A stretch of DNA of 64,000 nucleotides from an uncultured archaeon (GTDB taxonomy: Archaea; Thermoproteota; Nitrososphaeria; Nitrososphaerales; Gagatemarchaeaceae). The notes under the pieces are model-generated. The model was not told the DNA's origin and did no database searches. It was given only the letters and a program-made list of their open reading frames with translations. The position numbers were made by a program, and so were the translations under genes. The stretch is from positions 672,001 to 736,000 of the forward strand of contig CAWFOU010000007.1 in assembly GCA_963817525.1 (NCBI GenBank), given 5' to 3'. Positions 37,815 through 47,933 of this stretch are shown here, piece after piece. Positions within the stretch are counted from its first letter, which is position 1. Every line of letters begins with the position of its first letter.

Positions 37815-38756
37815 ATGAAGACCACGAGGGCGCTCAGGAAGAAGCTCGACAACTGGAAGCAGAAGCCGATCGTCGCCCCAGGAGTCCACGACCCCTACTG
37901 CGCCAGGATCGCGGAGAAGCTGGGTTTCGACACCCTGTACATGGGCGGCGCGGCGACGTCCATGTCGAGGCTCGGGATGGCAGACTTTGGGCTGGCGACC
38001 GCGACGGAGGTGCAGGCGAACGCAAAGTACATCACCAGCGTGACCGACCTTCCCCTGATCGCAGACTCGGACAACGGCTACGGGAACGCCCTCAACACGA
38101 TGCGCACGGTCAAGGACTACATCCGGGCGGGCGTGGCCGGGATTCACATAGAGGACCAGGTCATCCCAAAGCGGTGCGGCCACCTCAAGGGGAAGATGGT
38201 CGTCTCCCTCGAGGAGATGGTGGGCAAGATCAAGGCGGCCAAGAAGGTCATCAACGAGGAGGACCCCGACTTCGTCCTGATCGCGCGGACGGACGCGCGA
38301 GGGGCGGTGGGCGGAGGGCTGGACGACGCAGTGAGGCGTCTGAAGGCCTATCGCCGTGCCGGGGCTGACCTCGTCTTCGCGGACGGCCTGCTTTCGAAGG
38401 AGGAGTTGGCCACCATATGCAAGAAGACGGCGGCCCCGACCGTCTTCCACCCCACCGCCATCTCGCCGCGGCTCGGGGTAGAGGAGTGCCACGAGATGGG
38501 GGTCGCGCTCATGATCTACCCATTCGCGTCGATACACGCGATGTCGGTCGCGGTGTGGGACTTTTTGGCGCAGCTGAAGAAGGAGGACACAAGGGCCCAG
38601 GTGAAGTTCGAGCAGAGGTACAAGTCGCATCCCCTGAGCGACCTGCGGAAGCTCTTCGACCTCGGGGGCTTGGAGCAGTTGCAGGCCTATGAGAGGGAGT
38701 TCATCCCGGCGGAGGAGGTCAAGGCCAGGTACGGAAAGCAGACCGTCGGCATCTAG
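37815..38756 (+). CDS. Isocitrate lyase/PEP mutase family (methylisocitrate lyase-like)
   Basis: LIADSDNGYG, IHIEDQVIPKRCGH, LIARTDA. Confidence 0.9.
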   Translation: MKTTRALRKKLDNWKQKPIVAPGVHDPYCARIAEKLGFDTLYMGGAATSMSRLGMADFGLATATEVQANAKYITSVTDLPLIADSDNGYGNALNTMRTVKDYIRAGVAGIHIEDQVIPKRCGHLKGKMVVSLEEMVGKIKAAKKVINEEDPDFVLIARTDARGAVGGGLDDAVRRLKAYRRAGADLVFADGLLSKEELATICKKTAAPTVFHPTAISPRLGVEECHEMGVALMIYPFASIHAMSVAVWDFLAQLKKEDTRAQVKFEQRYKSHPLSDLRKLFDLGGLEQLQAYEREFIPAEEVKARYGKQTVGI

Positions 38757-39314
38757 TCAGGGCTCGACCTGCCGAAGGATTTCGAGGAGCCCCGCGTCCT
38801 GGACCTGCCCTCTTGCCGACGTCCAGAACTCCTTCGCCAACGACGGGTCTCCCCTCTCGTTCGCGTACTCCCATGCCTGTATCGCCATCTCCAGCTTGTC
38901 CACTTGGTGCACCAGGCGGGCCTCCGGCGTCTTGCCGTCGATGAACTCCTCCCACGCCTCGACATAGAGTGCCCTCTGCTCCTCGGACAGCTCGCTCAGA
39001 ATCTCCTGCATGGCCTTGGTCTCCATCTCGATCTTGCGCTTACCTGACCTCTCCTCCGGCATGGCGTCCCCGACGATGGCCTCCGGGAGGTCGTGGAGCA
39101 GCGCGAGCCTGAGCGCCCTACTTGTGTCCAGTCCGAGCGTGTCGCTGAAGACCATGGTGATGAGCGCAGTCCGGTAGGAGTGGTCGGCCACGGACTCCGG
39201 CCTGGCCATCCCGAGCTTCTTCACCCAGCCCCTCCTCATCTCGGACTTGAGCCGCCCGGACATCATGAAGAACTGCAACAGGCTCCGGGAGTCGGCTTCG
39301 GGTGCAATGCCCAT
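38757..39314 (-). CDS. HD-domain phosphohydrolase (YfbR/HDDC2-like)
   Basis: LK..RRGW, ESVADHS, LLHDLPEA..GD, DKLEM. Confidence 0.9.
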   Translation of the reverse strand: MGIAPEADSRSLLQFFMMSGRLKSEMRRGWVKKLGMARPESVADHSYRTALITMVFSDTLGLDTSRALRLALLHDLPEAIVGDAMPEERSGKRKIEMETKAMQEILSELSEEQRALYVEAWEEFIDGKTPEARLVHQVDKLEMAIQAWEYANERGDPSLAKEFWTSARGQVQDAGLLEILRQVEP

Positions 39315-39353
39315 GCTCCGACCGTCGACCCGCGAGATAATAACGCTCGCTCC

Positions 39354-40127
39354 TCAAAGCCCGTACTTGACCAGGTGGTCATAGTCGAAGACCATCACTC
39401 CGTTGCTGTTGCTCAGCGCGTACTGAAACTGCTGTTGATACTCCTGGGTGGTCTCGCCGGGGGACACCTCGACGCCGGCGATTATCCCCGGGTGGATGTA
39501 CTGTTGGTCCCCGGAAGCGTAGGTCTCGAGGACAAGAAGGTCAGGCTTCAGGGGAAAGGAAGGGAAGTCGTCCGTCGTGATCGCTGTCTTTCCAGTGTAG
39601 CTCGACGACAGCTGGTCGAAGAGGGCCGTCTGGGTCGCGATTGGGAGCGTTGACATGTCGAGGTTTATCCCGTCCTCTCCGTCGGAGTAGATTGAGCTCG
39701 GGATTGTCTGCGTTGTGTTCGTGAAATAGAGAGCGAAGAAGATCTCCAGGCCGTCGCTGTGGGCGGAGGCGACGAACTGAGTAAGCGAACTACTCGTGAA
39801 GAGCAGCGTTCCTGCCCTGTAAATCTGGAAGAAAACCGTGTTGAAGCCTTGGGAGGTCGCAGTGCTCAGAAGGTTCCCGAAGTTCGACGAGTTGACCGCG
39901 CCGTTGCCCTGGTTGACGTAAAGGATGACGGACTTTGACGAGGCGCCGGTCGAGGAGGTCGAACCGGACTGTGTCGTCGACGAGGAGCTGCTGGAGACCC
40001 CGACCTGGCCGTGAAGCGACGTGGAAGCCAGGAGGTATCCGACTATCGCCACGGCCACGATCCCGCCGACGGCGTAGTATCTCGCCCTCGACCGGGCGGG
40101 ACTCCTGCGGCCTTTTCGTCTGCTCAA
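39354..40127 (-). CDS. Membrane-anchored extracellular TIM-barrel/glycoside-hydrolase-like protein
   Basis: TM helix, Ser linker, GFNTVFFQ, AHSDGLEI, DGINLD, GVMVF. Confidence 0.6.
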   Translation of the reverse strand: MSRRKGRRSPARSRARYYAVGGIVAVAIVGYLLASTSLHGQVGVSSSSSSTTQSGSTSSTGASSKSVILYVNQGNGAVNSSNFGNLLSTATSQGFNTVFFQIYRAGTLLFTSSSLTQFVASAHSDGLEIFFALYFTNTTQTIPSSIYSDGEDGINLDMSTLPIATQTALFDQLSSSYTGKTAITTDDFPSFPLKPDLLVLETYASGDQQYIHPGIIAGVEVSPGETTQEYQQQFQYALSNSNGVMVFDYDHLVKYGL

Positions 40128-40252
40128 GTTCTCCAGTGACTCGCTACTGGCAGGAACGGGCGTGGGGCAATTATGAGTTGCGCGTCCTTTGGGCCGGCCC
40201 TCCAAGGTAATGATAAATGGAAGACACTCATCCAAAATGCAAGCAGAGGGTT

Positions 40253-40519
40253 ATGCGAAAGCTCGCGATAGCAGTGCTTGCTCTTGGAGTCGCAATAGCT
40301 ATCTTGCTTCTCGTTCCCGTCTATCGTATTGACACCCCGCCGTGCACTAACCTAGGAAGCAGTGACCCGCCGGCAATCTGTCTGCCGATATTCGCCTATC
40401 ACACTCCTGTCTTCAAGTCCGTGAGCTGCGTCATGGTCGGTGTTGGAGCGATATACGTCCCCCGCGACTTTTACACTGTGAATAGTCCGGCCAAGTATCA
40501 TCTTGGCTGCTTCCCTTGA
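40253..40519 (+). CDS. Small membrane-anchored Cys-containing protein
   Basis: MRKLAIAVLALG TM helix, four Cys. Confidence 0.55.
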   Translation: MRKLAIAVLALGVAIAILLLVPVYRIDTPPCTNLGSSDPPAICLPIFAYHTPVFKSVSCVMVGVGAIYVPRDFYTVNSPAKYHLGCFP

Positions 40520-40708
40520 GTCGGCCGGCGAAACTTGATACTCTCGAAGAGAGGGTCAAAAGCCGACTGGGACTTTCCAGTTCCCGAATTCGTACCCCAG
40601 TGCCGAATGAACTTTTGTCAGCATTATCACAGAAACCAACCCGTTTACCTTCATACATGCGGAAGGCGTAGTGTGTGGGACCTTTAATATTCAACATGGA
40701 ATACTACA

Positions 40709-42013
40709 TTGGTGGACATGAAGAGCGCCTTCCGATTCCGTCTTTACCCATCATCCAAGCAAGAGGCTCGGATGCTTCGTGCGCTCGAAACATCAAGACG
40801 TCTTTGGAACGACGCTCTCGCGCATAGAAAAGCGCGATGGGAGAAAGAAGGGAAGCCCACCTCATACAATCTGCAAGCATCGATGCTCACATTTGAACGC
40901 GAACAAGACGTATTGTTAAGTGGCCTCTATTCACAGGTTGGCCAGGACGTACTTAGAAGGCTCGACAAGGCATTCAAATCCTTCTTTGCGCGCCGCGCTC
41001 GATATCCGCGATTCAAGAAGTTCATCCAGTCTGGCTCGTTCACTTACCCGCAGGCCTACAATGGGTCGGCCAAGCCAGACGTTGTGAGAAAGAGGCTCTT
41101 CCTCTCGAAGGTTGGCAACATCAAGACCGTTTTTCATAGGCCGCTTCCAACAAAAAATGGCTCTCGCCTGAAGACTTGCACAGTAATCAGAGAGCCAGAC
41201 GGCAAGTGGTTTGCATCGCTTGTATTCGAGGAAGTCGTACCGCTGCAGGACATCCACGTCGATACCATGCCATCAACGGCTGCAAAGAAGACACCGGTCG
41301 GCGTCGACCTCGGCCTCCTATCTCTAATCACTACTTCGGAGGGCGAGGTGGTCGAGCACCCGCGCTTTCTGAGAAAAGGCGAGAAGCGTTTGAAGCGCCT
41401 TCAACGTAGTCTGTCCTTCAAGAAGAAGGGTTCAAAGAACCGCCTCAAAGCCAGGCGTCGAGTTGCATCACAACACGCAAAGGTGAGGCGTCAGCGCCGG
41501 GACTTCAATCACAAACTCTCTGCTCGGTTGGTAAAGGGGCACGAACTTATCGCCTTCGAGGATCTCATGATAAGGAACATGGTGAAGAACCACAGGCTAG
41601 CCAGGTCTATTCAGGATGCAGGCTGGGGGCAGTTGGTAAGGCTTGCAGAGTACAAAGCCCTAAGGGCCGGCTCCAGAGTCGTGAAAGTCCCCGCCGCATG
41701 TTCCACGCAGGAATGCTACCACTGTTCAACGCTCAACAAAATCGACCTCGCCACTCGGGAGTTCGTCTGCGTCGGCTGCGGACGAACCCTTCAAAGGGAT
41801 TGCAATGCCGCACGCATCGTGCTGAAGCGCGGTCTGGCTATCGCTGGCCTGACTCCGAAGGTAGGGCAGGACATGCCCCAACTCAAGCCCGTGGAGATCA
41901 GACCTCTACTCGTCCAGAGAACTGGAGGAGCAAGTCAGGTCTGTGAAACAGGAACTATACGCCCGCAAGGGCTGGAAGCCCAGGGCCTTTTGGCCGCGGG
42001 AGGATGTCACTAA
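40709..42013 (+). CDS. tnpB: RNA-guided endonuclease TnpB (IS200/IS605 family, solo)
   Basis: AFRFRLYP HTH, RuvC-I VGVDLGL, RuvC-II IAFEDL, Zn finger ECYHC..CVGC, RuvC-III RDCNAA. Confidence 0.95.
   Translation: MVDMKSAFRFRLYPSSKQEARMLRALETSRRLWNDALAHRKARWEKEGKPTSYNLQASMLTFEREQDVLLSGLYSQVGQDVLRRLDKAFKSFFARRARYPRFKKFIQSGSFTYPQAYNGSAKPDVVRKRLFLSKVGNIKTVFHRPLPTKNGSRLKTCTVIREPDGKWFASLVFEEVVPLQDIHVDTMPSTAAKKTPVGVDLGLLSLITTSEGEVVEHPRFLRKGEKRLKRLQRSLSFKKKGSKNRLKARRRVASQHAKVRRQRRDFNHKLSARLVKGHELIAFEDLMIRNMVKNHRLARSIQDAGWGQLVRLAEYKALRAGSRVVKVPAACSTQECYHCSTLNKIDLATREFVCVGCGRTLQRDCNAARIVLKRGLAIAGLTPKVGQDMPQLKPVEIRPLLVQRTGGASQVCETGTIRPQGLEAQGLLAAGGCH
41860..42010 (+). ncRNA. IS605 right end / predicted omegaRNA scaffold ending in TCAC
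   Basis: GGAAGCCCAGGGCCTTTTGGCCGCGGGAGGATGTCAC subterminal hairpin plus TCAC terminus typical of IS200/IS605 right ends; 5' boundary approximate. Confidence 0.7.
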
Positions 42014-42039
42014 CCCGAAAACCGGACCATGCTCACGCG

Positions 42040-42843
42040 TTGAACGTCACTGTCATCGGTGCGGGCAAGATTGGGGAGGCTGTCGCCAACTCCCTTGCCG
42101 CGTCAAAGCGCGTCACCACGGTCATAATGACCAAGAGGAACGTCTCGACCTTGCCGCGCTCGCGGCCGAAGAAGGTCCTGGTGACCTCCGACAACCGCGA
42201 GGCCGCCAAGAAGGCCGACATCATCGTGGTCGCGGTCAAGGCCGGGGACGCCAAACACGTCCTCGGAGAGATAGCGCCCTTCACCGCGGGAAAGATCGTG
42301 ATATCCCTGATGGCCGCGATCACCATAGAGAGGCTCGAGAGGGCCCTCCCCAAGGCGAAGGTGGTCCGGTCGATGCCCAATATTGCGGCGGTGATAGGCG
42401 AGGCCATAACCGCGTACTCCCTGGGCACCAAGGTGACTCCCGCCGACGAGGCCGAGGTCGAGTTCGTCCTGGGATGCTTCGGAGACTACGTCAAGGTCCC
42501 GGAGTCGCTCCTGAACCCCATCACCGCCCTCAGCGGGAGCGGTCCCGCGTACATCGCGGTGGTGATAGAGGCGATGGTGAGCGCAGGCCTGAAGGTCGGG
42601 ATCCCTAGGGACATCTCCCTAAAGCTGGTGACCAAGACGCTCACCGGGACGGCGAACCTCCTCAGCGAAAAGAAGATGCATCCCGCGGAGCTCCGCGACA
42701 CGGTGACGACCCCTGCGGGGACCACCATCGCTGGAATCTACGAGCTCGAGAGGGGCTCGCTGAGGACCAGCATGATGAACGCGGTCGAGGCCGCCACGAT
42801 GGCCGCCGAGAAGGTGGCAAAGAAGTTCGAGAGCGACGTCTAG
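42040..42843 (+). CDS. proC: Pyrroline-5-carboxylate reductase
   Basis: IGAGKIG, VRSMPN, TALSGSGPAY, VTTPAGTTIAG; TTG start inferred. Confidence 0.95.
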   Translation: MNVTVIGAGKIGEAVANSLAASKRVTTVIMTKRNVSTLPRSRPKKVLVTSDNREAAKKADIIVVAVKAGDAKHVLGEIAPFTAGKIVISLMAAITIERLERALPKAKVVRSMPNIAAVIGEAITAYSLGTKVTPADEAEVEFVLGCFGDYVKVPESLLNPITALSGSGPAYIAVVIEAMVSAGLKVGIPRDISLKLVTKTLTGTANLLSEKKMHPAELRDTVTTPAGTTIAGIYELERGSLRTSMMNAVEAATMAAEKVAKKFESDV

Positions 42844-42927
42844 CGCCCTCCAAGACCGCAAGTTCATCCAAGGGTGAAGACATTTTCACACGGCCCAAAA
42901 TAGGGCTGGAATCATCCACGGCACAGG

Positions 42928-43569
42928 ATGTCACAATTTAGTAATAACTGGGATAGAAAGAAATCTGCCGGGCTCGGCGAGAGGCTCAGGGGGGCATTCA
43001 ACAACCCCGGACCGCTAAAGCCGCGTCTGGATGCGCTCATGCGCCAGATACAGATTGTGATGGCGAAGCTTGACACTTCCATGGCCAAGATCCGGGAGAG
43101 GGACGCCGCGCTCTTCTCGAAGACCGTGGCCGCTGTGCAGAAGCACGAGAACCAGAGGGCCTCGATGTTCGCCAACGAGCTCGCCGAGGTGCGCAAGGTC
43201 GGGAAGATGGTCACCCAGTCGAAGCTAGCGCTCGAACAGATAGTCCTGAGGCTCAACACGATAACGGAGCTCGGGGACATCGTCACCACGCTCGCGCCTG
43301 CCACCTCCATCGTTAGGAGCGTCAAGCAGGACATAGCTGGGGTCATGCCGGACGCGGAAGGCGAGATGGGCGAGGTCTCCAGCCTGCTGAGCGGGATACT
43401 CGTGGACGCGGGCTCGATCGGGGGCTACTCGTTGAACTTCGAGACCGCCAACGAAGAGGCCGAGCTTGCCCTCTCCGAGGCGGCGGCCGTCGCAGAGAGC
43501 CGGATGAAGGAGAAGTTCCCGGACATCCCCCAGTCGACCGTGGCCGAGGAATCCTTCGAGGCGGCCTAG
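42928..43569 (+). CDS. cdvB: ESCRT-III/Snf7 cell-division protein, CdvB1/2-like paralogue
   Basis: PLKPRL, RERDAALF, ANELAEVRK, LALEQIVLRL.T..ELGD, MPDAE.E. Confidence 0.88.
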   Translation: MSQFSNNWDRKKSAGLGERLRGAFNNPGPLKPRLDALMRQIQIVMAKLDTSMAKIRERDAALFSKTVAAVQKHENQRASMFANELAEVRKVGKMVTQSKLALEQIVLRLNTITELGDIVTTLAPATSIVRSVKQDIAGVMPDAEGEMGEVSSLLSGILVDAGSIGGYSLNFETANEEAELALSEAAAVAESRMKEKFPDIPQSTVAEESFEAA

Positions 43570-43734
43570 GCCCGGGCCAAGGGCGCCCGAGCACGCTCTC
43601 GGGAGCGGTCTCAGCGGAGGCTCCCCGACCCTCGAGCACGAGGGTCAGGGCCTGTTCTGGGCAGCAGAACGAGCGTTCTCGGCCATAGCATCATCTAGAA
43701 TGCCGCCGGATGGCTTGTCAGGTAGCAAATCGCC

Positions 43735-44931
43735 ATGCGAATAACACGAAGCCCGAATACCAAGGTAACGATATTTTCGGCGGCTGTCCTTGCCCTTTTT
43801 GTGGTAGGCCTGTCACCGCTCCCCAAGCTTCTTGCGGCCACCTCGGCCTCCAACATCCTTAGCGCTGGGCCGAGCCTCAGCCCCGTCCAGCTCTCGATCC
43901 AGACGAGTAACTTGACGTCCGTGAGCGCGTACGACTTGGTCGCGTACAACTCCTCCGGCTCGCCCGTCGCCTCCTACACGGGCCAGTATCCGCTAGTGAC
44001 TCTTGACCTCCCGTCGGGCACCTATCTGTTCGCCGCCACGGCGAACGGCCCAGCTCCGACTCTGCAGCCAATCTGCTGCCTGTGCGCCCAACCCGAAACG
44101 GCGACCGGGACCGAGTCCACACCGGCGGCGAAGACGAACCCCGGCTCCTCGGCGCCTCCGAACATCGCGTTTCCCTGCTATTCTGGCAACCCGTCAGCTG
44201 AGTACGGGTACTCCCTCTCGCACGTGAGCGGCCCTACCAGCATCACCCTGACCACGCAGTCTCCATCTGGCATTCCGACCGCCAACGTCTCTGTGAGCGT
44301 GAGCTTCGAGAACGGAACGGCCGTCTCGGGCGCCGAGGTCTCAGCGAGCGTCGTCGGGGCGAATCTGAACTGGGGAGCCAACTCAAGCCTCTCTATGTAC
44401 GCGCAGACCGCGGCCGACGGGGTGGCCCAGTTGGTCGTCCCGGCCGTGCCCCTTGTGGTCACAGCCTCCGACTCGGTCCAGGTGAACTTCACCCAGACCC
44501 AGACGACCGTCCAGGTCAACGTGGGAGGCCAGCCCGTCAACGTCACCCTCTACTACAGCCCCAACTACGTCTACCTGAGCGCATCGGCTTTGCTCATCCC
44601 TCCCCAGACGAGCCTGAGCATGGTCCTGACTGCCCAGTCGCAGTCCCCCGTCGTCCCATACGTCGTGGGCTCTGCAGCCACTGCCTCTCCCGACTCCTCC
44701 CAAGCAGAGCCGGCGACCTCCCAAGGTGTCAGCGCGTCCAGTGGCAGCGCTTCCACGACGGCCAACGAGATCACCGCCATCCCGGCCATCCCCTCGTACG
44801 ACATCGGAACGGCGACTTCGGCCCAACGCTCCTCTGGCCTCTCGGGCGTCAGCCTCATGGAACTCGGGACGCTCGCCGTCGCCGGGGCGGTCGCGGCCCT
44901 AGTCGGGCTCGCGATTTCGAGGAAGCGCTGA
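43735..44931 (+). CDS. Secreted surface protein with C-terminal TM anchor
   Basis: Signal peptide, Ser/Thr-rich beta domains, C-terminal TM plus basic tail. Confidence 0.7.
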   Translation: MRITRSPNTKVTIFSAAVLALFVVGLSPLPKLLAATSASNILSAGPSLSPVQLSIQTSNLTSVSAYDLVAYNSSGSPVASYTGQYPLVTLDLPSGTYLFAATANGPAPTLQPICCLCAQPETATGTESTPAAKTNPGSSAPPNIAFPCYSGNPSAEYGYSLSHVSGPTSITLTTQSPSGIPTANVSVSVSFENGTAVSGAEVSASVVGANLNWGANSSLSMYAQTAADGVAQLVVPAVPLVVTASDSVQVNFTQTQTTVQVNVGGQPVNVTLYYSPNYVYLSASALLIPPQTSLSMVLTAQSQSPVVPYVVGSAATASPDSSQAEPATSQGVSASSGSASTTANEITAIPAIPSYDIGTATSAQRSSGLSGVSLMELGTLAVAGAVAALVGLAISRKR

Positions 44932-44986
44932 CCGGAGATCGGGCCTTCGGCCCCAGGCTTTTCTATCGTCCCGCCGAGAGGGAAGC

Positions 44987-45781
44987 GTGGACTGGGCCAA
45001 GAACGTCTTCGTGAGGAACGCCAAGCTCTACCAGCTCGTCCTCGAGGGCATGTGGGAGAGGGGCGAGGAGGACGCGGTCGCAATCTCGTCATATCTGGAG
45101 GAGCAGGGGCTCGAGGCCTGCAGGCTCCTCGACGCGCCGTGCGGGATCGGGAGGGTAAGCATCCCCCTCGCGAGGCTGGGCTTCGGGGTGACCGGGATCG
45201 ACCTCTCGCCGCACCTGGTCGGGGTGGCGGAGAAGAAGGCGGCCGACTTTGGGCTCCCGGCCGGAAGGGCGAGGTTCTCAGTCGGGGACATGCGCGACCT
45301 CGGGTCCAAATTCCCACAGAGCAGCTTCGACGCGGTGCTGAACGTCTTCACCAGCATTGGATACGGACCTGAGGAGGACGACCTCAGGTTCTTCCGCGAA
45401 GCCCGGACTGTCACGAGGAGAGGGGGCCTCCTTCTCATCTCCGGGCTGCGCAACAGGGACTATATCGCCCGTAATCCGTCTCAGAACGTCTACGAGGAGA
45501 GCCGGAGACTGCTGGTGCTCGACACCTACACCTTCGACTCCGCGAGGTCCAGAGAGAAGGGCCTTTGGAGGTTCTACCTGAAGCGCGGAGGAAAGAGAGG
45601 GGGAGAGCTCAAGTTCGCCGGGGAGTTCCCGGTCGACATAAGGGTCTACTCGCCGCACGAGCTCGTCCCGCGGCTGGAGGCGGCGGGGTGGAGCGTGAAG
45701 GAGACCTACGAGTCATTCGTCACTAAGAGCCCCTACAGAGCGGACAGCCCCGTCTTCTCGCTCGTCGCCAAGGCCGCGTGA
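44987..45781 (+). CDS. Class I SAM-dependent methyltransferase
   Basis: LLDAPCGIGR, GIDLS, GDMR, FTSIGY. Confidence 0.9.
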   Translation: MDWAKNVFVRNAKLYQLVLEGMWERGEEDAVAISSYLEEQGLEACRLLDAPCGIGRVSIPLARLGFGVTGIDLSPHLVGVAEKKAADFGLPAGRARFSVGDMRDLGSKFPQSSFDAVLNVFTSIGYGPEEDDLRFFREARTVTRRGGLLLISGLRNRDYIARNPSQNVYEESRRLLVLDTYTFDSARSREKGLWRFYLKRGGKRGGELKFAGEFPVDIRVYSPHELVPRLEAAGWSVKETYESFVTKSPYRADSPVFSLVAKAA

Positions 45782-46017
45782 GCGACCAGCCGAAGCTTCT
45801 CGCTCCTCCTCATCACCTTGATGGCCCGCTCCCTCCGGAGGGCCTCCGACCTGCCCCCCAGCTCCTCCTTGTAGACGACGGAAACAGGAAGCCGAGACCG
45901 GGTAAACTTGCTACCGCCCCCCGAGTTGTGCTCCCTAAGCCTCCGCTCTAGGTCGGTGGTGCACCCGGTGTAGAGCTCGCCTGTCTTGCATCTAAGAACG
46001 TAGACCGTCCAGCCCAT
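45733..46017 (-). CDS. GIY-YIG nuclease (UPF0213)
   Basis: VYVLRC..GELYTGCTTDLERRL.EHN.G.GSKFTR. Confidence 0.92.
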   Translation of the reverse strand: MGWTVYVLRCKTGELYTGCTTDLERRLREHNSGGGSKFTRSRLPVSVVYKEELGGRSEALRRERAIKVMRRSEKLRLVAHAALATSEKTGLSAL

Positions 46018-46136
46018 GGCTTCCGACCCACCCGCGCGAGGGGCGCGATATCTTCCTTGCTCCCGGTTTTGACCAATCTTCGCAAGCCTATAAAGGGCGG
46101 CCGGGTCCGCGCCCAGACATCGCGGAGCAAAGCGGA

Positions 46137-46301
46137 TTGTCTAGACCAACAAACGACTCGAAGGACATGAAGTGCCCGAAGTGCGGCAAGAACTCCTTGA
46201 AGCGGAAGGAGAGCGGAGTCGTGTGCGGCTTCTGCGGGTATGTCCTCTCCCCTGGCGAGGAAACCAGGTTCAGGCTCTACGAGCTTCTCAAGTCTTCCTG
46301 A
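46137..46301 (+). CDS. 54-aa zinc-ribbon protein (absent from ORF track)
   Basis: MKCPKCGKNSLKRKESGVVCGFCGY; TATAAA upstream. Confidence 0.7.
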   Translation: MSRPTNDSKDMKCPKCGKNSLKRKESGVVCGFCGYVLSPGEETRFRLYELLKSS

Positions 46302-46728
46302 CGTATATCTGGTGGACTGTCCTCATGCAGGCGTCCATCACGTATTGAATCCCGCTGCGCTCGAGGATTTGCTTCGCCTCCTCGCTCTCGAGGCCTTGCT
46401 GCGCCCAGAAGACGAAGGGGCGGCCACAGCGCTCTTTCATCGCCGCGGCCTGGAGCGCGACCTCGGATAGCTCCTCGCTCGGCCTGAAGACCTCCACAAC
46501 GTCGACGGTTCTTCCCACGTCCTCCGGGATGTCGGCCAAGCTGCGGTAGGCCGTCTCACCCAAGATCTCGGTGGCCGAGGGGTTGACTGGGACGATCAGG
46601 TAGCCCTGATCCTTGAGGTATCTGGGGACCGAGTGCGCCGCCTTCTCGGGGTTCTTCGAGGCGCCCACGACAGCAATCGTCCTGTACTTCTTCAGCACCT
46701 CGGCCGGGGAGACAGTCCCTATGACCAT
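46288..46728 (-). CDS. CoA-binding protein (YccU-like)
   Basis: IAVVGASKNP, VPVNP, VDVVEVFRPS, WAQQG, VMDACM. Confidence 0.92.
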   Translation of the reverse strand: MVIGTVSPAEVLKKYRTIAVVGASKNPEKAAHSVPRYLKDQGYLIVPVNPSATEILGETAYRSLADIPEDVGRTVDVVEVFRPSEELSEVALQAAAMKERCGRPFVFWAQQGLESEEAKQILERSGIQYVMDACMRTVHQIYVRKT

Positions 46729-46738
46729 CCGGCCGTCG

Positions 46739-47836
46739 TCACTTTGTTACCAAGGTCAGGACGTCCTCGTCCATCAGCGCGTGGTTTATCCCGACCCGCT
46801 GCCCGTCGAACTTGACGCTCTTCCCCCAGATCAGGGCGTAGCGGAAGTCGTCCTTGATCTTCCTGTGAACCTTGTCGCAAACCTCGAGCACGGTCGAACC
46901 GTTCCTAACGATCATGGGCTCCTTGTAGTCCGTCTCGCCGCTCCGCCTCCGCATGTATATCCTGATGAAGTCCAGCCTCCGATACATCTCCTGCTTCAGC
47001 GCCTCGATGTTCACGTTGCTCTCAGCCGAGATGGGGACGAACTTGTAGGGGAGCTTGTCCATCAGCTCGTTGGTGAAGCCCGCGTTTACCAGGTCGATCT
47101 TGTTCATGACGGTCAAGGAGGGGATGTAGACACGGGTGCCCAAGATCACGTCGAGGAGCTGCTCGTCGGTTATGTCCTGACGCAAAAGGACGCGGGCGCT
47201 GTTCATCCCATAGACCCTGAGTATGTCCTTGATAGTCTCCACTGTGATCTTGGTCAGCTTGACCTGCGACACAACGGAGATTCCCCCTGTGGTCGTCGAC
47301 TCTATCACCACGTTCGGGGGGTCCTCGTCGACGCGTATCCCTGTAATCCTCAGCTCCTTCTCTAGCAGGGCCCGGGCCTCGGGCTGGAAGACGTCTATTA
47401 CGAAGAGGATGAGATCTGCGTTTCGCGCCACCGCGAGGACGCGCTTGCCCAGGCCCCTTCCCGAGGACGCGCCCTGGATGATTCCTGGGAGGTCGAGGAC
47501 CTGTATCCTCGCCCCATTGTAGTCCATCACGCCGGGAACGACGTCCAGTGTCGTGAACTCGTAGGCCGCAACCTTTGACTTGGCGTTCGTCAGCGCGTTG
47601 AGCAGCGTCGACTTTCCCACGCTGGGCAGGCCTATGAAGACGACGGTCCCGTCCCCCGATTTCTTTACGTCGTACCCGATGGCGCTCCCCGACCGCCTCG
47701 CCTGCTGCTCTTCTTGCTCCATCTTGAGCTTCGAGAGCTTCGCCCTAAGGACCCCGATGTGGCGCTCGGTGTGCTTGTTGATCTGCGTCTTCAGAAGGTC
47801 CTCCTCTATCTTCTTGATTTTCTCAGGAACGCCCAA
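46739..47836 (-). CDS. DRG/Rbg-family OBG GTPase with TGS domain
   Basis: GLPSVGKSTLL, YEFTTL, DLPGII.GA..G.G.G, NKID, IWGKSVKF.GQRVG. Confidence 0.95.
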   Translation of the reverse strand: MGVPEKIKKIEEDLLKTQINKHTERHIGVLRAKLSKLKMEQEEQQARRSGSAIGYDVKKSGDGTVVFIGLPSVGKSTLLNALTNAKSKVAAYEFTTLDVVPGVMDYNGARIQVLDLPGIIQGASSGRGLGKRVLAVARNADLILFVIDVFQPEARALLEKELRITGIRVDEDPPNVVIESTTTGGISVVSQVKLTKITVETIKDILRVYGMNSARVLLRQDITDEQLLDVILGTRVYIPSLTVMNKIDLVNAGFTNELMDKLPYKFVPISAESNVNIEALKQEMYRRLDFIRIYMRRRSGETDYKEPMIVRNGSTVLEVCDKVHRKIKDDFRYALIWGKSVKFDGQRVGINHALMDEDVLTLVTK

Positions 47837-47933
47837 CTTGACCCTTCACCATCCGACCCGACTGTGTCGTCCGGGCGCGGGGAGTGACTTAAAGGTTCGA
47901 GTCGGGACACCCGTCGAGCGGGCTCGCTAGAGA

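Noticed and set aside
42004-42039. ATG 42004 as proC start
   Set aside because: Lies inside the IS right end; similarity to ProC begins at TTG 42040
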